In this document: piece by piece, positions 60,663 through 64,000 of the stretch
Position numbering within the stretch: position 1 is the stretch's first letter
Layout of the letters: each line of letters begins with the position of its first letter
Assembly: GCA_963789955.1 (NCBI GenBank)
Contig: CAWBMV010000001.1
Span: 352,001 to 416,000, forward strand
DNA length: 64,000 bases
From: an uncultured Candidatus Rokubacteria bacterium
GTDB taxonomy: Bacteria; Methylomirabilota; Methylomirabilia; Rokubacteriales; CSP1-6
Direction: 5' to 3'
Translations under genes and position numbers: made by a program
Notes under the pieces: generated by a model
Seen by the model: only the letters and a program-made list of their open reading frames with translations
Database searches by the model: none
Told to the model about the DNA's origin: nothing

Positions 60663-60899
60663 CGGGCACGACGGCGGCAGAGCGGTGCCGTCGTGAAAAC
60701 CCAAGATCTGGAAATCGCGCGGCACTCACCGAGGCTCGGCGCGCGAGGACAGCGGGATCGGCGAGACGTCGCGGCGCGAAACGTGACAGCTCGGCGCGGG
60801 CGGCGACGAGGCGTTGCTCAATCTGGCAACTCGGTGTCGCGCGGTCTCGCGCTCTCCGGCGGCGCCGAAGCGGGCTTCAGGTTCCTGTGGCCGTTTGCG

Positions 60900-61798
60900 A
60901 CGGCGGGAGTCCCGATCCGCGGCGACCGATTCCCGTCGCTCGACGGATTTCGCGCGATCTCGATCGGGCTCGTCCTCTTGCGACATCTGCTCGGGACCAA
61001 GGGGTTCTTCCTGTCGGTCGACGCCAACAAGCACCTCGCCCTGGGCGAGCTCGGGGTCCGTTGATTCTGGCCCTCGTCGCTGCCGAGCTAGCGCGGTGGA
61101 TCGTGCTCGGTTCTATCTTCTAGGGCCGGCGCTCCTCGGCCTGCTGGGTGGCCGGCGCGCCATCTGGGTCGCCGCCCTGTTCGTGCTCGCGGCCCCGCTG
61201 ATCCGGCTGGGGCTCTGGGAATTCACCGTGTTGGCCCGCGACGGCGTGGGCCACCGGTTCGAGACGATCGCGGACTCGATCGCCATCGGGTGCGTGCTTC
61301 GGGCGCGCGGTCATGGCTGCACCGGCAGCCGCTCTATCGCCGCGTGCTCGCCTCGCCGTGGCTCCTGCTGGCCCCCGTGATCATGGTGCTGTCCGGCGCG
61401 CTCGGCCAGCATCCGCGGATCGACTTCTTCGTCGGCTTCACGCTCCGGAACGTGCTGGTCGCGCTCTGCATCGACCGCTGGGTCACCTATCCCGCCGGCC
61501 CGGTGGGACGCGTCCTGAACTCGCGGCCGTTCGTCTTCGTCGGGTGATCAGCTACTCGATCTATCTCTGGCAGCAGCTGTTCCGCAATCGGTATGCGACG
61601 TCGCTCCCGATGAGCTTCCCGCTGAACATCGTCCTGGCGATCGCGGCCGCGCTGGCCTCGTACTATCTCGTCGAGCGCCCCTCGCTGCGCCTGCGCCAGC
61701 GGATCGACCGGGCGCTCTTCCCGGCCCGCGCCGGCGCCGCGCGAGCCGAGTCCCGGACGCTCCACCCCGAGGCGGAGCGTCCGGCGTCGGCTGCCTAG
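60900..61798 (+). pseudogene. OafA/YrhL-family (AT3) acyltransferase with internal deletions (start approximate)
   Basis: PSLDGFRAISI...GELGVR, short piece ILALVAAELARWIVL, then FYLLGP...ADSIAIG...ISYSIYLWQQ...SYYLVERP; FFVISG, RRxxRI and WSLxxEEQ motifs absent. Confidence 0.75.
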
Positions 61799-64000
61799 AG
61801 ACCGCTTGCCAGGACGGCGCTACCGATCGAGCCGTTGACGTTGAGTATGGCGACGCCGAACACGAGCGGCGCGCTCGCTGCCTGGCCACTCGTGTAGAAG
61901 ACCGTCCCGTTCTTGGAATAGCTCACCACACCGGCCTGCACGCTGATCCGGAATACGTCCCCGGCCGCGACCGTGACGTCCGTGCGATAGGCCCCACTTT
62001 CGCGGACCTCGGCGAAGTTGCCCTGCAGCCGGATGCCGAAGGTGATTGAGGCGGGGTTCGTGAGGCTGAAGCTGGATGTGAGGCCGGCCAAGCGCAGCAG
62101 GCCGCTGGCGTCGGCGGTGAACTGTGCGTAGCCGTTGGCCCCGGTGATCTGCTGCTGGGAGACGGCGCCGGCGTCGCTGCACCCGTCGCAGCCGGTCGTC
62201 TTCGTGATCGAGTTGCCGCTGGCGGTCACGTTGACCGGATTGCTCCAGGCGACGTTCGCGGACGTCACGGAACCCGAGCCGGAGCTCGAGGGGCGGGAGG
62301 CCGACGAGTCGGACGTCCCTGAGGGTGCCGCTCCGCTGATCATCGAGTTGCTCACCACCGCGCTCTGGTTGGCGAGCGCGGCCGCCAGCACCAGGGGATA
62401 GGCCGGAGCCATCTGGCTCGTATAGAAGACCGTGCCGTTCTTGGAGTAGCGCACGACACTAGACTGAACGGCGACGCGGAAGACGTCTCCGGCCGCGAAC
62501 GAGGTGTCAGCCTTGTAGGTTCCGCCTTCACGGACCTCGGCCACGTTACCCTGGAACCGGACGCCCCAGGCGATGGTGGCGGGGTTCGAGATGGCGAAGG
62601 ACTGCGTGAGACCAGCGATGCGTAGTGGTCCGTTCGCGCCGGCGGTGAACTCCGTGTAGCCGTCCCCCGCGGTGATCTTCTGCTGCGAGATGGCGCCGGC
62701 GTCGAAGCAGCCGTCGCAGCCCGTCGTCTTGGTCACGGAGTTGCCGTACGCCGTGACATTCACGAGATTAATCCAGGTGACGGTCTGCGCCGCCGCGGTG
62801 CTTTGCGCCAGAGCCGGAGCCGGCGATGACGTGGAGACGGAGGGCGGGGCCGACGGCGTGTTCGATGCCGTAGCCGGCGCAGGTGCGGGGCTCGACCCCG
62901 CAGCCATGGCCGCGGCCATCGCGGTGAAATCGGCTCCGACGTCCTTACCGTCGGTTCCCGCGCGCACGTACGGGGTGCCCGGCGCGAGCACGTAGTTGCG
63001 GTTGGCGAGATCGACGAAGCCGACCGCGGCGAGCGCCGACGGGTAATAGTTGTCGGCCGGGAAATTCGAGGCGAGGCCGCCGACCACCGCGTTTCTCGCG
63101 AACGAGGAACCCGGGAAGTACGCGTTGATCGCCAGCATGCCGAGGCCGATGCCGTAGTCGCCGAAGACTCCGTACTGGTTGTAGGACACGATGTTGTTCG
63201 TGAACACGAAGCTCGCGGCCGGCACCAGCGCGGATGAGTAGCTCGCGGTGATCATGTTGCTGCTCTGGAGCACGGTGTTGTGGTCCACGATGACGTCGCT
63301 GCCGCCGTCCACGATCTGAAAGAAGGTGCCCGTCCCGTTCCAGGTGGTGCCGCTGATGTCGTCGAAGAGGTTGTTCTGGATGAGGATGCGCTGAGTCGGC
63401 TGGCTCGGGTGGAGGTAATCGGCCCCCATCATGTTCACGCCGCCGCCGCTGTGGCGCAGGATGTTGTTCGTGAACGTCACGTCGCGCACGGCCGACCATG
63501 GCGCGGTGCCGTCCTGGTTGCGCACCGTGAAGAGGACGCCGTAGCCGTTTTGCGCGTCCGTCCAGTTGTTCTCGAGCAGGTTGCCGTCGATCAAGATGCG
63601 CTGGGCGTTCTTCAGCTCGAGCAGGTTCTTGACCGACCAGCGGATGCCGGCGTAGCTCGGGCTGCCGGCCTGCCACGAGCTGGGCTTGAACAGGTAGTTC
63701 TTACGGATCTCGATGTCGGAGGGAACCAGGTTCGGGATGGCTGGATCGGCGCCGCCGAACATGACGTTCTCGCCCGCGCCCTCCAGGTAGCTGTTGACGA
63801 TCTTGAACGGGCCCGGACCGTTCCAGGCAGCGAGCGCCTGGCTGTCGGCGCCGACCTCGTGCAGATCGGACAGGTACGAGTCCACCACGGCCGTCCGGGC
63901 GCTGTTCATCAGGATCGCCCGCCGGACGTTGCCGGTGGGGGTGCCGTGTATGTAGCAGCGATCGAAGACCAGATCGGTCGGCGCCTGGGCGAGCGAGGTG
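61795..64000 (-). CDS. Second beta-helix protein with two C-terminal repeated beta-sandwich-like domains; start lies beyond the window end
   Basis: Frame open to window edge (DRCYIHG); DSQALAAWNGPGPFKIVNSYLEGAGENVMFGG as in 54255-55855; duplicated domain W.N.VNVTA.GNS.TKTTGCDGC.DAGA.SQQ...YSKNGTVFYTS. Confidence 0.82.
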   Translation of the reverse strand, partial: TSLAQAPTDLVFDRCYIHGTPTGNVRRAILMNSARTAVVDSYLSDLHEVGADSQALAAWNGPGPFKIVNSYLEGAGENVMFGGADPAIPNLVPSDIEIRKNYLFKPSSWQAGSPSYAGIRWSVKNLLELKNAQRILIDGNLLENNWTDAQNGYGVLFTVRNQDGTAPWSAVRDVTFTNNILRHSGGGVNMMGADYLHPSQPTQRILIQNNLFDDISGTTWNGTGTFFQIVDGGSDVIVDHNTVLQSSNMITASYSSALVPAASFVFTNNIVSYNQYGVFGDYGIGLGMLAINAYFPGSSFARNAVVGGLASNFPADNYYPSALAAVGFVDLANRNYVLAPGTPYVRAGTDGKDVGADFTAMAAAMAAGSSPAPAPATASNTPSAPPSVSTSSPAPALAQSTAAAQTVTWINLVNVTAYGNSVTKTTGCDGCFDAGAISQQKITAGDGYTEFTAGANGPLRIAGLTQSFAISNPATIAWGVRFQGNVAEVREGGTYKADTSFAAGDVFRVAVQSSVVRYSKNGTVFYTSQMAPAYPLVLAAALANQSAVVSNSMISGAAPSGTSDSSASRPSSSGSGSVTSANVAWSNPVNVTASGNSITKTTGCDGCSDAGAVSQQQITGANGYAQFTADASGLLRLAGLTSSFSLTNPASITFGIRLQGNFAEVRESGAYRTDVTVAAGDVFRISVQAGVVSYSKNGTVFYTSGQAASAPLVFGVAILNVNGSIGSAVLASGL

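Overview
Very GC-rich bacterial DNA. The small-protein families and gene content suggest Candidatus Rokubacteria / Methylomirabilota (inference). Many single-base indels break genes, worst at about 43.4-54.6 kb, as expected from a long-read consensus, so several CDSs were rebuilt across frames. Left to right: (1) a sigma-54 two-component pair (multi-TM sensor kinase plus NtrC-type activator) divergent from a tiny secreted protein built of five 10-aa (E/Q)D(I/L/V)QAPR repeats, with back-to-back sigma-54 promoters and shared palindromic enhancer-like sites; this candidate peptide autoinduction circuit is the most striking observation. (2) A hydrolase::RND chimera, an MFP, and leuCD-MaoC-FAH. (3) An islet of exported enzymes (5'-nucleotidase, arylsulfatase, beta-carbonic anhydrase) plus a Ca2+/H+ antiporter, next to a duplicated PIG-L deacetylase 3' end. 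(4) Carboxyltransferase, DUF853 ATPase, SDR. (5) A stressosome module (rsbR reduced by internal deletions; rsbS, rsbT, rsbX intact) coupled to an RsbU_N-PAS histidine kinase and twin NarL regulators, directly upstream of (6) a ~29-kb XrtA/PEP-CTERM-type exopolysaccharide cluster. (7) Further signalling genes, a degenerate HNH protein, an eroded acyltransferase and a second secreted beta-helix protein. No rRNA, tRNA, CRISPR array, transposase or integrase was recognised.
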